NCBI GenBank assembly: GCA_038243395.1
Contig: JBBSRC010000005.1
Coordinates: 10,701 to 74,700 of the forward strand
Direction of reading: 5' to 3'
Length of the DNA stretch: 64,000 nt
Source: Flavobacteriales bacterium
Lineage (GTDB): Bacteria; Bacteroidota; Bacteroidia; Flavobacteriales; Flavobacteriaceae
The notes beneath the pieces are model-generated. The model did no database searches. It had not been told where the DNA came from and was given only the letters and a program-made list of their open reading frames with translations. Each line of letters begins with the position of its first letter. Position 1 is the first letter of the stretch. The position numbers and the translations under genes are program-made. Below are positions 19,677-29,784 of this stretch, one piece after another.

Positions 19677-22523
19677 TTGTCATATAATATTTTAAAAAGA
19701 CGTTTTCTTTTAAGTTTCTTGATTTTCCACGCGGCATTGATATATGGTCAGAATAAGATTGATATCGATGTGAAATTCGACATGCCAAAAAAGAGTGCTA
19801 AAATTGCCCAAACCATTCGCTATCAAAATAACACCAATGATACTTTAAGGACGATTTATTTAAACGACTGGAATAATAGCTTCTCCACAAAACGAACGCC
19901 ATTAGCCAAGCGTTTTGCTGAAGAATATAGTACGAAATTTCATTTTGCCACTAATGATATGCGAGGTTTTACCAACATTACCTCGATAAAAAATACAGAT
20001 GGACAAGAATTAACTCACACGAGATTACATCTGCATCCAGATGTTGTTGAAGTGGAACTGCCTGATCCGGTACTGCCAAACCAATATTATCAAATTGATC
20101 TCTCTTACAATCTACGTTTTCCTGATGATACCTTTACGGATTACGGAATCACAGAAGATAATGATCTCAATTTAAAATATTGGTATATCACTCCAGCAGT
20201 TTACGATGGCAGTTGGCATTATTATAGCAATAAAAATTTGGACGATCTATTTATTCCCAAAGCAGATATCAGCCTGAAAATAGAATTTCCTAAAAATTAT
20301 GGGGTTTATTCCGAACTGACGATTGTTGAAACTGTACCAAATGACAGTACACAAACATTTTATCTTTATGGAAAAGATCGAGTTGACAGTAAACTCTATC
20401 TCAATAAATTTCCAAAGTTCAACTTTGTTCAGACCGATAATTTTACGGTCATCACTGATTTGGAAAACGAAGGGATCATGCCGACCGACCGTGCGATCAT
20501 CACTGATAAAATTACCCAATTCATCACCAAGCATTTAGGACAATATCCTCATGATTATCTTTTAGTTACGGACATTGAATATAAAAAGGATCCGCTTTAT
20601 GGTTTAAATCAATTGCCCAAATTTTTAAATCCGTTTCCTGGGAATCTTCAATATGAGCTGAAACTTTTAAAAACCACATTAAAAAACTATCTAGACAACA
20701 CTCTTTTATTAAATCCGCGACAAGACTATTGGTTAAGTGATGGGATTCAAGTTTATTATTTGATGAAATATGTGGAGAAAAACTATCCAGATCTCAAATT
20801 GTTGGGCACTTTAGCCAATTACTGGGGTATTCGCTCATTTCATGCGGCCGACCTCAATTTTAATGAGCAGTATAATCTCTATTTTATGCAAATGGCGCGA
20901 ACTAATTTAGATCAAGCCCTGACTCTGCCTAAGGATGCCTTATTAAAATTCAACGCAAATATCGCCGGTAAATACAAAGCTGGGATCGGTCTGAAATATT
21001 TAGATGATTTTGTAAATGCTAATGTCGTTGAAAAAACCATTCAAGAATATATTGAAAATTCAAAACTAAAAAGAACGACCACTTCCGACTTTGAAAATTT
21101 ACTAAAAAAGAATACGGATAAAAACGTCGATTGGTTTTTTGAGGACTATCTCAATAGTAGAAAAAAAATAGATTTTAGAATTAAGGATATCATCAAAACT
21201 GAGGATTCAGTTACATTCACCATTAAAAACAAACGAAAAAATGATGTTCCTGTTTCGTTGTTTACCCTTAAAAACGATTCCGTTTTATCAAAAACTTGGA
21301 TTGAACATATCGATGGTTTAAAAACGTTGACCATTCCACGCAATGAAGCGACAAAGCTGGTTCTGAATTACGATAATACAATTCCTGAAATCAATCTTCG
21401 GGACAATTGGAAATCTTTAAAAGGTCGGTTCTTTAACAACAAACCTTTACAATTTCGGTTGTTTAAAGATTTTGAAGATCCTGACTACAACCAGGTGTTC
21501 CTTATGCCTTTGGTCGAGTTCAATAATATTTATGATGGTTTTACATTGGGCACCAAAATTTATAATAAAACTTTGTTGATGAAAAATTTTACCTATAGAT
21601 TATCTCCAAAATATTCTTTTAATTCTGAAATTATTACGGGCGGTGCTGTCGGCGTTTATACACAACAATTTGAGGATCGAAATCTACATATGATTACTTA
21701 TGGTTTAAGTGGTGCTTACGCCTCTTTTGCGAAAAACGCATTTGTAACCAAAGTTAGTCCGAGTGTTTCATTTCACTTTAGGGACAATAATAATTTTAGA
21801 TCTAATAAATCAAGTTATATTAATTTCAGGTATTTAAACATTTCCAGAACGGTCAAGGAGAATGCATTGCTCACCGTTACAGATCCAAATTATAGTGTTT
21901 TTAACATCAGATATGTTAACGCCCACACTGGTTTGATGGATTTCTCTAAATTTTATTATGATTTTCAAGCTGCCAAAAAGTTTGGAAAAATAGCCGTAAA
22001 CTACGAATGGCGGAAACTTACAGAGCGTAATAGACAGTTTAATTTTAGATTTTTTGCCGGTACATTTCTATATAATAACACTAACCCAAACTCGGACTAC
22101 TTCAGTTTTGCCCTGGACCGACCTACGGATTATCTCTTTGATTATAATTATCTAGGACGATCAGAGAACTCTGGTATCTTCAGCCAGCAAATTATTATTG
22201 CGGAAGGCGGGTTTAAGTCGAAGTTAGATACGCCTTTCGCCAACCAATGGATGACCACTGCCAATGTGAGCACAACCATATGGCGTTATATTGAGGCTTA
22301 TGGGGATGTTGGATTGATAAAAAACAGATCTTTCGACCCAGAATTCGTTTATGACTCAGGAATACGACTCAATTTAGTGACCGATTATTTTGAACTCTAT
22401 TTCCCTATCTATTCTAACTTAGGCTGGGAAATTGATCAGCCTAATTATAGCCAACGCATCCGGATCAAATTCACATTAGATCCTGAGGTATTGCTGGGTC
22501 TATTTAAACGGAAGTGGTTTTGA
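19677..22523 (+). CDS. M1 aminopeptidase-like exported protein, apparently lacking the zinc motif
   Basis: Signal peptide and M1-like N-terminus (YLNDWNN, WYITPAVY). No HExxH; YWLSDGI where WLxEG is expected. C-terminal half is aromatic and beta-rich. Confidence 0.7.
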   Translation: MSYNILKRRFLLSFLIFHAALIYGQNKIDIDVKFDMPKKSAKIAQTIRYQNNTNDTLRTIYLNDWNNSFSTKRTPLAKRFAEEYSTKFHFATNDMRGFTNITSIKNTDGQELTHTRLHLHPDVVEVELPDPVLPNQYYQIDLSYNLRFPDDTFTDYGITEDNDLNLKYWYITPAVYDGSWHYYSNKNLDDLFIPKADISLKIEFPKNYGVYSELTIVETVPNDSTQTFYLYGKDRVDSKLYLNKFPKFNFVQTDNFTVITDLENEGIMPTDRAIITDKITQFITKHLGQYPHDYLLVTDIEYKKDPLYGLNQLPKFLNPFPGNLQYELKLLKTTLKNYLDNTLLLNPRQDYWLSDGIQVYYLMKYVEKNYPDLKLLGTLANYWGIRSFHAADLNFNEQYNLYFMQMARTNLDQALTLPKDALLKFNANIAGKYKAGIGLKYLDDFVNANVVEKTIQEYIENSKLKRTTTSDFENLLKKNTDKNVDWFFEDYLNSRKKIDFRIKDIIKTEDSVTFTIKNKRKNDVPVSLFTLKNDSVLSKTWIEHIDGLKTLTIPRNEATKLVLNYDNTIPEINLRDNWKSLKGRFFNNKPLQFRLFKDFEDPDYNQVFLMPLVEFNNIYDGFTLGTKIYNKTLLMKNFTYRLSPKYSFNSEIITGGAVGVYTQQFEDRNLHMITYGLSGAYASFAKNAFVTKVSPSVSFHFRDNNNFRSNKSSYINFRYLNISRTVKENALLTVTDPNYSVFNIRYVNAHTGLMDFSKFYYDFQAAKKFGKIAVNYEWRKLTERNRQFNFRFFAGTFLYNNTNPNSDYFSFALDRPTDYLFDYNYLGRSENSGIFSQQIIIAEGGFKSKLDTPFANQWMTTANVSTTIWRYIEAYGDVGLIKNRSFDPEFVYDSGIRLNLVTDYFELYFPIYSNLGWEIDQPNYSQRIRIKFTLDPEVLLGLFKRKWF

Positions 22524-22525
22524 TG

Positions 22526-22741
22526 CTTCGGCTTTGCTCAGCAACCGTACTTCGACTATGCTCAGTAACCGTACTTCGACTCTGCTCAGCAACCGTACTT
22601 CGACTCTGCTCAGTAACCGTACTTCGACTCTGCTCAACAACCGTACTTCGACTTTGCTCAGTAACCGTGTTACGACTCTGCTCAGTAACCGTACTTCGGC
22701 TTTGCTCAGCAACCGTACTTCGACTTTGCTCAACAACCATG
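22526..22741 (+). repeat. Tandem array of 9 x 24-bp units (consensus CTTCGACTCTGCTCAGYAACCGTA)
   Basis: Head-to-tail units at 22526, 22550, 22574, 22598, 22622, 22646, 22670, 22694, 22718; no spacers. Confidence 0.97.
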
Positions 22742-22876
22742 TTTCGAATTAAATCAAGATTCCCTATTTCGACTAATCTTAATAGTCTATTTTAAATTAT
22801 TTGACCGTCCATAATACTGGCGGAGGCGGAAATTTTACGCAATAATTAACAAATCGTATTTAAATATATTAATATT

Positions 22877-22975
22877 CCGTTGCGAGCTTTGCGAAGCATC
22901 CTTGCGTCTTTGTTTTAAAATTCAGAATGGAGATTAACCGCTAAGGACGCAAAGTTAAGCGCAAGGGACACAAGA
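22877..22975. repeat. CTTTGCG/CGCAAAG degenerate inverted repeat pair
   Basis: ccgttgcgagctttgcgaagcatccttgcgtctttg ... ttaaccgctaaggacgcaaagttaagcgcaagggacacaag. Confidence 0.6.
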
Positions 22976-22980
22976 AAAAG

Positions 22981-23018
22981 TGAAGTTGAAAGCGAAATTG
23001 AAGTTGAAATTGAAATTG
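22981..23018 (+). repeat. 6-bp periodic GAAGTT/GAAATT tract
   Basis: tgaagttgaaagcgaaattgaagttgaaattgaaattg; same family at 30752 and 51727. Confidence 0.7.
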
Positions 23019-23233
23019 GTGACATTCAATTATATCCTATCAACATTATTTATATTTTAAACATTTCATAAATGATGAAAATTCTGTCGCCTATTTTCAA
23101 ATTTATTTAACTCCCACTCTATGCCCAAAATTTATTGAAAAATGATAAGTTTGTAAGCGTGCTTAATTATTTTATTAAACCTGAATTAAAACAACATAGT
23201 CAACAGTTAAAAACAACCATTAACATCATACCA

Positions 23234-25600
23234 ATGAATAAATCCATATTTCTTAGCTTCCTAATTTCATTTCTTGTTTTCAACCTCCACGCCCAAAAGA
23301 GCGAACTTTCAGTTGAAAAAATAATGCAAGATCCAAAATGGATGGGAACATTTCCTTCTAATGTAAAATGGGATCAGAACAGCAGCGCCATATATTTCAA
23401 TTATAATTCAGATAATGATCCTTCTGATTCTTTATACCGCATCCGATTGGCAAATCCGAAAAAGATTCAAAAAATAAGTTGGACGGAAGAAAAAGATATC
23501 GATTTTGCTAGCGGCACTTTCGATAAAGCAAAAACCAAAAAGATTTATTCCGAAGGAAATACCTTGAAAATACTGGATGTTAAATCGGGAAAAGAAACAG
23601 AATTACTACAATTTCCTAAAAACATTGGTAGCCCTTATTTCTTGGCAAATGAAGACTGGATAGCCTTTGAAGCTGAGAATAACGCTTATATCTATTCGCA
23701 AAAAACAGGCGTTTTAAAGAAATTAACGGAGATCAAAACGGGAGAGAAATCTAAAAAGAAAGATCCTAAATCCTCAGATAAAGCGACGTTATTAGAAGAT
23801 GAAAATCTCAAACTACTCGGAGTTGTAAAAGAACGTAAGGACAAACAAGAAAGTACGAAAAAGATAAGAGAAGATCGCAAGGAAAAAGACGGATTTATCT
23901 ATTATTCTGGCGATAATCAAGTCCTTAATCTGAAAGTATCTCCAGATGCAAAATATGTGACCTTTAATATTTTCCAACGTGGTAAAAGTGATAACACCAT
24001 TGTTCCGAATTATATTGATGCCTCCAGTTACACCAAAGATTTAAACACACGCTCTAAGGTTGGTGATGATCAAACTAAAGTTGAATTGGCCATCTATAAT
24101 ATTGAAAAAGACACCGTTTACAATGTCCAAACCAACACCTTACCCGGAATCAAAGACTTACCCGATTACGTTAAAGATTATCCAGATAAAGAATGGGAAG
24201 AAAAGGACCGCGACGTTATGACTTCAAACGCCTATTTTTCTGATAATGGCCAACACGCGGTTGTCAATGTCCGTTCAAAAGATAACAAAGACCGATGGAT
24301 AGCTAAAATTGATTTAAACACAGGCGCCTTAACCAGTTTAGACAGACAGCGTGATGAGGCATGGATTGCCGGCCCAGGTATTGGATGGTCAATGGGCGGA
24401 GGGACTTTGGGTTGGTTGCCGGATAACGAAAATATATACTTCCAATCTGAAGCGACCGGCTATTCACATTTATATCTTTTAGATGTTAATAATGCCAAGA
24501 AAACAGCTTTAACGTCAGGAAATTATGAGGTTTTTGATCCCTTTATGTCTAATGATAAAAAAAGCTGGTATTTGACAACATCTGAAGTTGGGCCCGGTGA
24601 AAGACATTTCTACAAAATGCCGTTAATGGGCGGAAAGATGGATCAATTGACCCACATGACCGGAAATAATGATGTAAAGCTATCTCCAGATGAAAAAACG
24701 ATTGCGATTCTTCATTCTTATAGTAATCAACCTTGGGAGCTTTATTTAAAAAAGAATGACGTTAAGTCCAAAGCAATTGAATTGACCTCGGGAAAATCGG
24801 AACTCTTTAAAAGCTATAATTGGAGAGATCCACAACTCATTACCTTCAAAGCTGAAGATGGTGCTCAGGTGCCTGCCAGACTTTATGTACCTGAAGCCTC
24901 CGTTAAAAATAATGCGGCCGTAATTTTTGTACACGGTGCAGGATATCTTCAGAATGTCCATAAATGGTGGTCTTCTTACTTTAGGGAATATATGTTCCAC
25001 AACTTATTGACCGATTTAGGCTACACCGTTATCGACATCGATTACAGAGGAAGTGCGGGTTATGGCAGAGATTGGCGTACCGGAATTTACAGACATATGG
25101 GCGGAAAAGACTTGTCTGATCAAGTAGATGGCGCTAAATATCTGATGGACAATTTTGGAATTGACAAGGATAAAATCGGGATTTATGGAGGCAGTTATGG
25201 CGGGTTTATCACTTTAATGGCTTTATTTAATGAACCGGATACCTTCACATCTGGTGCTGCTTTGCGCTCGGTTACGGACTGGGCACATTATAATCACGGG
25301 TACACCGCTAATATTTTAAACGAACCATTTAACGATCCAATCGCCTATGAGCGCTCCTCTCCTATTTATTTTGCGGAAGGTTTAAAAGGAAATCTCCTTA
25401 TTGCCCACGGCATGGTCGATGTTAACGTACACTTTCAAGACGTGGTACGCCTAGCCCAACGCCTAATTGAATTGGGTAAAGATAATTGGGAAATGGCAGT
25501 TTATCCAGCAGAAGATCACGGTTTTGTCGAACCCAGCAGTTGGACGGATGAATATAAAAGGATCTTAAAACTCTTTAACACGACTTTACTCGACGATTAA
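23234..25600 (+). CDS. S9 family peptidase (DPP IV/prolyl oligopeptidase-like); start revised to MNKSIF
   Basis: Signal peptide; GGSYGG nucleophile, DVNV, EDHG; TAAGTTTG at 23145-23152. Confidence 0.93.
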   Translation: MNKSIFLSFLISFLVFNLHAQKSELSVEKIMQDPKWMGTFPSNVKWDQNSSAIYFNYNSDNDPSDSLYRIRLANPKKIQKISWTEEKDIDFASGTFDKAKTKKIYSEGNTLKILDVKSGKETELLQFPKNIGSPYFLANEDWIAFEAENNAYIYSQKTGVLKKLTEIKTGEKSKKKDPKSSDKATLLEDENLKLLGVVKERKDKQESTKKIREDRKEKDGFIYYSGDNQVLNLKVSPDAKYVTFNIFQRGKSDNTIVPNYIDASSYTKDLNTRSKVGDDQTKVELAIYNIEKDTVYNVQTNTLPGIKDLPDYVKDYPDKEWEEKDRDVMTSNAYFSDNGQHAVVNVRSKDNKDRWIAKIDLNTGALTSLDRQRDEAWIAGPGIGWSMGGGTLGWLPDNENIYFQSEATGYSHLYLLDVNNAKKTALTSGNYEVFDPFMSNDKKSWYLTTSEVGPGERHFYKMPLMGGKMDQLTHMTGNNDVKLSPDEKTIAILHSYSNQPWELYLKKNDVKSKAIELTSGKSELFKSYNWRDPQLITFKAEDGAQVPARLYVPEASVKNNAAVIFVHGAGYLQNVHKWWSSYFREYMFHNLLTDLGYTVIDIDYRGSAGYGRDWRTGIYRHMGGKDLSDQVDGAKYLMDNFGIDKDKIGIYGGSYGGFITLMALFNEPDTFTSGAALRSVTDWAHYNHGYTANILNEPFNDPIAYERSSPIYFAEGLKGNLLIAHGMVDVNVHFQDVVRLAQRLIELGKDNWEMAVYPAEDHGFVEPSSWTDEYKRILKLFNTTLLDD

Positions 25601-25752
25601 ATTATATTAATAACCTAATTATCAGCCTATGACCCTTTAAATAAAAGAATGTTTCAGGTTGATAATTTATAGTTAATTTAAACCTTCAAAAGAAAATCGA
25701 ATTGCAAAACCATTCGATTTTGACTACTTTTGCAATAACCAAAACGCACTTT

Positions 25753-28164
25753 ATGCAAACGACGCCAAAAACAGCCACAGACCTCTCCTTCGAAGAATTT
25801 CAATCAGAAATTTTAAGTGATTATAAAATAGCGATGACCAGCAGGGAGTGTAGCTTGTTGGGCAGACGCGAAGTTCTGACCGGAAAAGCGAAGTTTGGAA
25901 TTTTTGGAGACGGAAAAGAAGTGCCCCAATTGGCTTGGGCCAAAGTATTTAAAAATGGCGATTTTCGTTCGGGATATTACAGGGATCAAACCTTTATGAT
26001 GGCTATTGGCGCTTTGACTATCCAGCAGTTTTTCGCTGGCTTATATGGTGATCCAGACATTGACCACGACCCAATGTCGGCAGGCCGTCAAATGGGAGGC
26101 CACTTTGGCACTCATAGTTTAGATGAAAAAGGCGATTGGAAAAATCTTTTACAACAAAAAAATTCTAGCGCTGACATTTCACCTACTGCAGGACAAATGC
26201 CACGCCTTTTGGGACTTGCGCAGGCCTCTAAAATATATCGAAATGTAAAGGGCATTCACAGCCCTAAATTCTCAAATAAAGGAAATGAAGTCGCTTGGGG
26301 CACTATCGGAAACGCCAGTACCAGCGAAGGCTTATTTTTTGAAACCATAAATGCTGCTGGAGTTTTGCAGGTACCTATGGTCATTAGTATTTGGGATGAT
26401 GAGTACGGCATTTCAGTACACGCAAAACACCAAACCACCAAAGAAAATATATCGGAAATTTTAAAAGGTTTCCAACGTGATGAACACGGTAAAGGCTACG
26501 AAATTTTAAAAGTTAAGGGCTGGGATTATGTCGCACTCATTGAAACCTATCAAAAAGCTTCAAAAATTGCAAGAGAGGAACATGTTCCTGTAATGATTCA
26601 TGTTGTTGAACTTACGCAGCCACAAGGGCATTCCACTTCAGGATCTCATGAGCGTTACAAAAGTAAAGAACGTTTAGATTGGGAAATTGAACGCGATTGT
26701 ATTAAAAGAATGCGCGATTGGATTATTTCCAATAGCATTTCTACGGAAGTGGAATTGGATACCATCGATAAAAATATTAAAAAGAAAGTTAGAGAAGGCA
26801 AAAAAGCGGCTTGGGAAGACTATCAAAATCCCTTAAAAGAAGAGCAAAAGGAAGCTATTCAATTGATTACTAATTTGGCCAAATCGAGCGCCAATAAAGT
26901 ATTCATTGAACGTTTAATTACTGAATTGTCCAATATTGCCGAACCAATTAGAAAAGATATTGCGTCAGCGGTTAGAAGATCGTTGCGTTATGTGATTTCT
27001 GAGGAGTCAGCACAAAAAGATGCTGCCAACGAATGGATAAATGGCTATTTAGAGCGGATTCAGCCAAAATATAGCTCTCATTTATTTAGCCAGTCTAAAA
27101 AATCAGCATTACATATAAAGGAAGTTTTACCAACCTATGATGCATCTGCAGAAGATGTAGATGGTCGTTTGGTGCTTCGGGATAATTTTGATGCTATATT
27201 CAAAAAACATCCAGAAGCTTTGATATTTGGTGAAGATACAGGTGCAATTGGTGATGTTAACCAAGGCTTGGAAGGTTTGCAGGAAAAGTACGGAGCGCTG
27301 AGAGTTGCTGACGTAGGAATTCGTGAAGCCACCATTATGGGTCAAGGGATTGGTATGGCCATGCGCGGTTTGCGCCCAATTGCCGAAATTCAATACTTGG
27401 ACTATATCCTCTACGCGCTTCAGATTATGAGCGACGACCTGGCAACTTTACATTACAGAACCAAAGGGAAACAAAAAGCACCTGTAATTGTCCGAACAAG
27501 AGGCCATAGATTGGAAGGTATTTGGCATTCTGGATCACAATTGGGAGGTATTTTGAATTTAATTAGAGGCATTCATGTATTGGTTCCTCGAAATATGACC
27601 AAAGCTGCTGGTTTTTATAACACCCTTTTAGAATGTGATGATCCTGCATTAGTAGTCGAATGCCTAAACGGATACCGTCTTAAAGAAAAGTTACCGACTA
27701 ATTTCGGAGATTTTAAAACTCCAATTGGCGTGGTAGAAACACTTAAAATAGGTAATGATATTACCTTAGTATCCTATGGTTCCACTCTGCGTTTGGTAGA
27801 ACAAGCCGCCAAAGAATTATTAGAAGTAGGCATCAATGCAGAAGTGATCGACGTGCAGTCTTTACTTCCTTTTGATTTAAATCATGATATTGTTAAAAGC
27901 ATTGAGAAAACCAACCGATTGATGGTTATTGATGAAGATGTTCCGGGTGGTGCATCTGCTTTTATTCTCAACGAAATTTTAAATACCCAAAACGCCTACC
28001 AATACTTAGATAGTCAACCTAAAACCTTAACGGCACGTTCACACCGACCTTCTTATGGAACCGATGGCGATTATTTTTCAAAACCTTCAGTAGAAGATAT
28101 TTTTGAAAACGTATACGCCGTAATGCACGAAGTCAGTCCTGACGATTATCCGAAATTAAGATAA
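25753..28164 (+). CDS. Fused E1 alpha/beta 2-oxoacid dehydrogenase (probably branched-chain); start revised to MQTTPK
   Basis: TPP-binding E1-alpha region followed by a transketolase-like beta region (GIREATI, AEIQYLDY); TACTTTTG at 25725-25732. Confidence 0.92.
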   Translation: MQTTPKTATDLSFEEFQSEILSDYKIAMTSRECSLLGRREVLTGKAKFGIFGDGKEVPQLAWAKVFKNGDFRSGYYRDQTFMMAIGALTIQQFFAGLYGDPDIDHDPMSAGRQMGGHFGTHSLDEKGDWKNLLQQKNSSADISPTAGQMPRLLGLAQASKIYRNVKGIHSPKFSNKGNEVAWGTIGNASTSEGLFFETINAAGVLQVPMVISIWDDEYGISVHAKHQTTKENISEILKGFQRDEHGKGYEILKVKGWDYVALIETYQKASKIAREEHVPVMIHVVELTQPQGHSTSGSHERYKSKERLDWEIERDCIKRMRDWIISNSISTEVELDTIDKNIKKKVREGKKAAWEDYQNPLKEEQKEAIQLITNLAKSSANKVFIERLITELSNIAEPIRKDIASAVRRSLRYVISEESAQKDAANEWINGYLERIQPKYSSHLFSQSKKSALHIKEVLPTYDASAEDVDGRLVLRDNFDAIFKKHPEALIFGEDTGAIGDVNQGLEGLQEKYGALRVADVGIREATIMGQGIGMAMRGLRPIAEIQYLDYILYALQIMSDDLATLHYRTKGKQKAPVIVRTRGHRLEGIWHSGSQLGGILNLIRGIHVLVPRNMTKAAGFYNTLLECDDPALVVECLNGYRLKEKLPTNFGDFKTPIGVVETLKIGNDITLVSYGSTLRLVEQAAKELLEVGINAEVIDVQSLLPFDLNHDIVKSIEKTNRLMVIDEDVPGGASAFILNEILNTQNAYQYLDSQPKTLTARSHRPSYGTDGDYFSKPSVEDIFENVYAVMHEVSPDDYPKLR

Positions 28165-28201
28165 TTTATAAATCCAGTCATTTCCTAACATTGTTGTTTA
28201 A

Positions 28202-28576
28202 ATGAAAAATAATTTCAATGATTTTGCGCTTGCTATTTTAAGAGTGGGCTTTTCAGCAGTGATGTTAACACATGGTGTTCCCAAAATCAGCATGCTTCTT
28301 GACAATCCTTCAGGTTTTTCTGATCCTATTGGAATTGGTGCAACTGTCACACTTGTTTTGGCGATTTTAGGCGAAGTCATCGCTCCGTTATTTGTATTAA
28401 TTGGTCTAAAAACGAGAATTGCCTCAATTCCCGTTATTCTGATTATGGCGGCGGCGACCTTTGTGGTTCATGCCGATGATGCTTTTGCCATTAAGGAAAA
28501 AGCAGTCCTCTTTTTGATTGCATTTATCGTTATTGCTTTGGCCGGTCCTGGAAAATATTCTGTTGACGGTAAATAA
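28202..28576 (+). CDS. DoxX family membrane protein
   Basis: LRVGF..MLTHGVPK, GPGKYSVD. Confidence 0.88.
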   Translation: MKNNFNDFALAILRVGFSAVMLTHGVPKISMLLDNPSGFSDPIGIGATVTLVLAILGEVIAPLFVLIGLKTRIASIPVILIMAAATFVVHADDAFAIKEKAVLFLIAFIVIALAGPGKYSVDGK

Positions 28577-28585
28577 TAATGTGAG

Positions 28586-29068
28586 ATGAAAGCTGTTTCA
28601 GTCGTTACAATTAAGAAAGAACTAAAGCATCGCTCTCAGGAAGAATTGCTGGAACTTTGTTTGCGTCTTTCAAAATTTAAAAAGGAAAATAAGGAACTTC
28701 TTACGTACTTATTATTTGAATCTCACGACGAATCTGGTTATAACGAAACCGTAAAAGCTGAAATAGACGAACAGTTTAAAAGTATCAATACCAACAGTTA
28801 CTTCTACATTAAGAAAAGCGTGCGTAAAATTCTTAGAAACATTAAAAAATACGCAAGATATTCTCTTAAAAAAGAAACTGAAGTGGAGCTTTTGCTGCAT
28901 TTTTGTAAAGTCTTAAAAGACTTTGAACCTTCTATATTTAAGAATGTTACGCTACTTAATATCTTTGAACGTCAAATAGTGCTTATTAAAAAGATTGTGT
29001 CAACCCTTCATGAAGATTTACAGTATGATTATCATCAAGAATTGGAGCAATTAGAAGACGCAACTTAG
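28586..29068 (+). CDS. Hypothetical helical protein
   Basis: 160-aa ORF 9 bp downstream of DoxX, same strand. Confidence 0.75.
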   Translation: MKAVSVVTIKKELKHRSQEELLELCLRLSKFKKENKELLTYLLFESHDESGYNETVKAEIDEQFKSINTNSYFYIKKSVRKILRNIKKYARYSLKKETEVELLLHFCKVLKDFEPSIFKNVTLLNIFERQIVLIKKIVSTLHEDLQYDYHQELEQLEDAT

Positions 29069-29142
29069 AATACTAGAAAATCGTCTCGTTTAAAAAAACG
29101 AAATAGAAGGCACAATAAGAAAAGCACCTCCAAATTTACAAC

Positions 29143-29718
29143 ATGAATATCAAATTTTCGGGAGTATTTCTGCTGCTGCTACAAATGTCGTTAAGTGGCT
29201 TTTCAAAAACAGAATCAGAAGGCAAGACCGTATCTTAGGTTATAAATCAACAACAATCAGGTCAGGATTAATCACACCGATTCTAATTTTGGTTTTAACT
29301 TAATTATTTTTGTTTGGTGGGATATTAGAGAAACGCCTAGTCCAAACTTTTTTGGAGGCACGTTCCTCGAAATCGATAAGTCAGAAGGTGCACTTCTATT
29401 TAAAGCTTTTAAAAAGGAAAGGTTCAAGTCCTTGAAGAATTTCGGAAATTGGGTAATTACGGGATATAAATCAGGTGACACACCGAAATGGGGAGAAAGT
29501 CAAAAGTATTGTTCAAAAAAGAGTTGCCGGAATTCGCGTCCATAAGAAAAGCTTTTAAAGTCCAATTGAAGAGTGATGACAACTTTTACAACAGTTGCTA
29601 TATCGTCGTTGAAACTTTCAAGTCCTATTTATGGATTGACTTAACTTCAACAAAAGAAACCTACGACATAAATTTTAAAAAGTTAGAAATAATACTTGCA
29701 CAATTTTCAGCTCAATAA
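29143..29718 (+). pseudogene. Probable eroded gene for a secreted protein
   Basis: Signal-peptide-like start with in-frame stops, then a ~99-codon stop-free stretch lacking an early start (from 29246), then the 29488..29718 ORF in a third frame, then a terminator. Confidence 0.45.
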
Positions 29719-29729
29719 GCCAAAATAAA

Positions 29730-29761
29730 AAACGCCAAACTTTTTAATGTGTTTGGCGTTT
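29730..29761. terminator. Bidirectional Rho-independent terminator
   Basis: aaacgccaaac...gtttggcgttt between convergent genes. Confidence 0.75.
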
Positions 29762-29784
29762 CCTAGCTTATAGAAACTTGCATA

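Noticed and set aside
22526-22741. CRISPR array
   Set aside because: Units are contiguous 24-mers with no unique spacers, and there are no cas genes in the window.
22500-22795. Four overlapping repeat-peptide ORFs (71-93 aa class)
   Set aside because: They arise because the 24-bp unit lacks stops in four frames; no promoter or start context supports any of them.
25753-28164. E1 alpha/beta fusion as a novelty
   Set aside because: Fused alpha/beta subunits are common in Bacteroidota.
29417-29435. tRNA T-loop-like GGTTCAAGTCC
   Set aside because: Only a 4-bp T-stem; no matching acceptor stem, D-arm or anticodon arm upstream.
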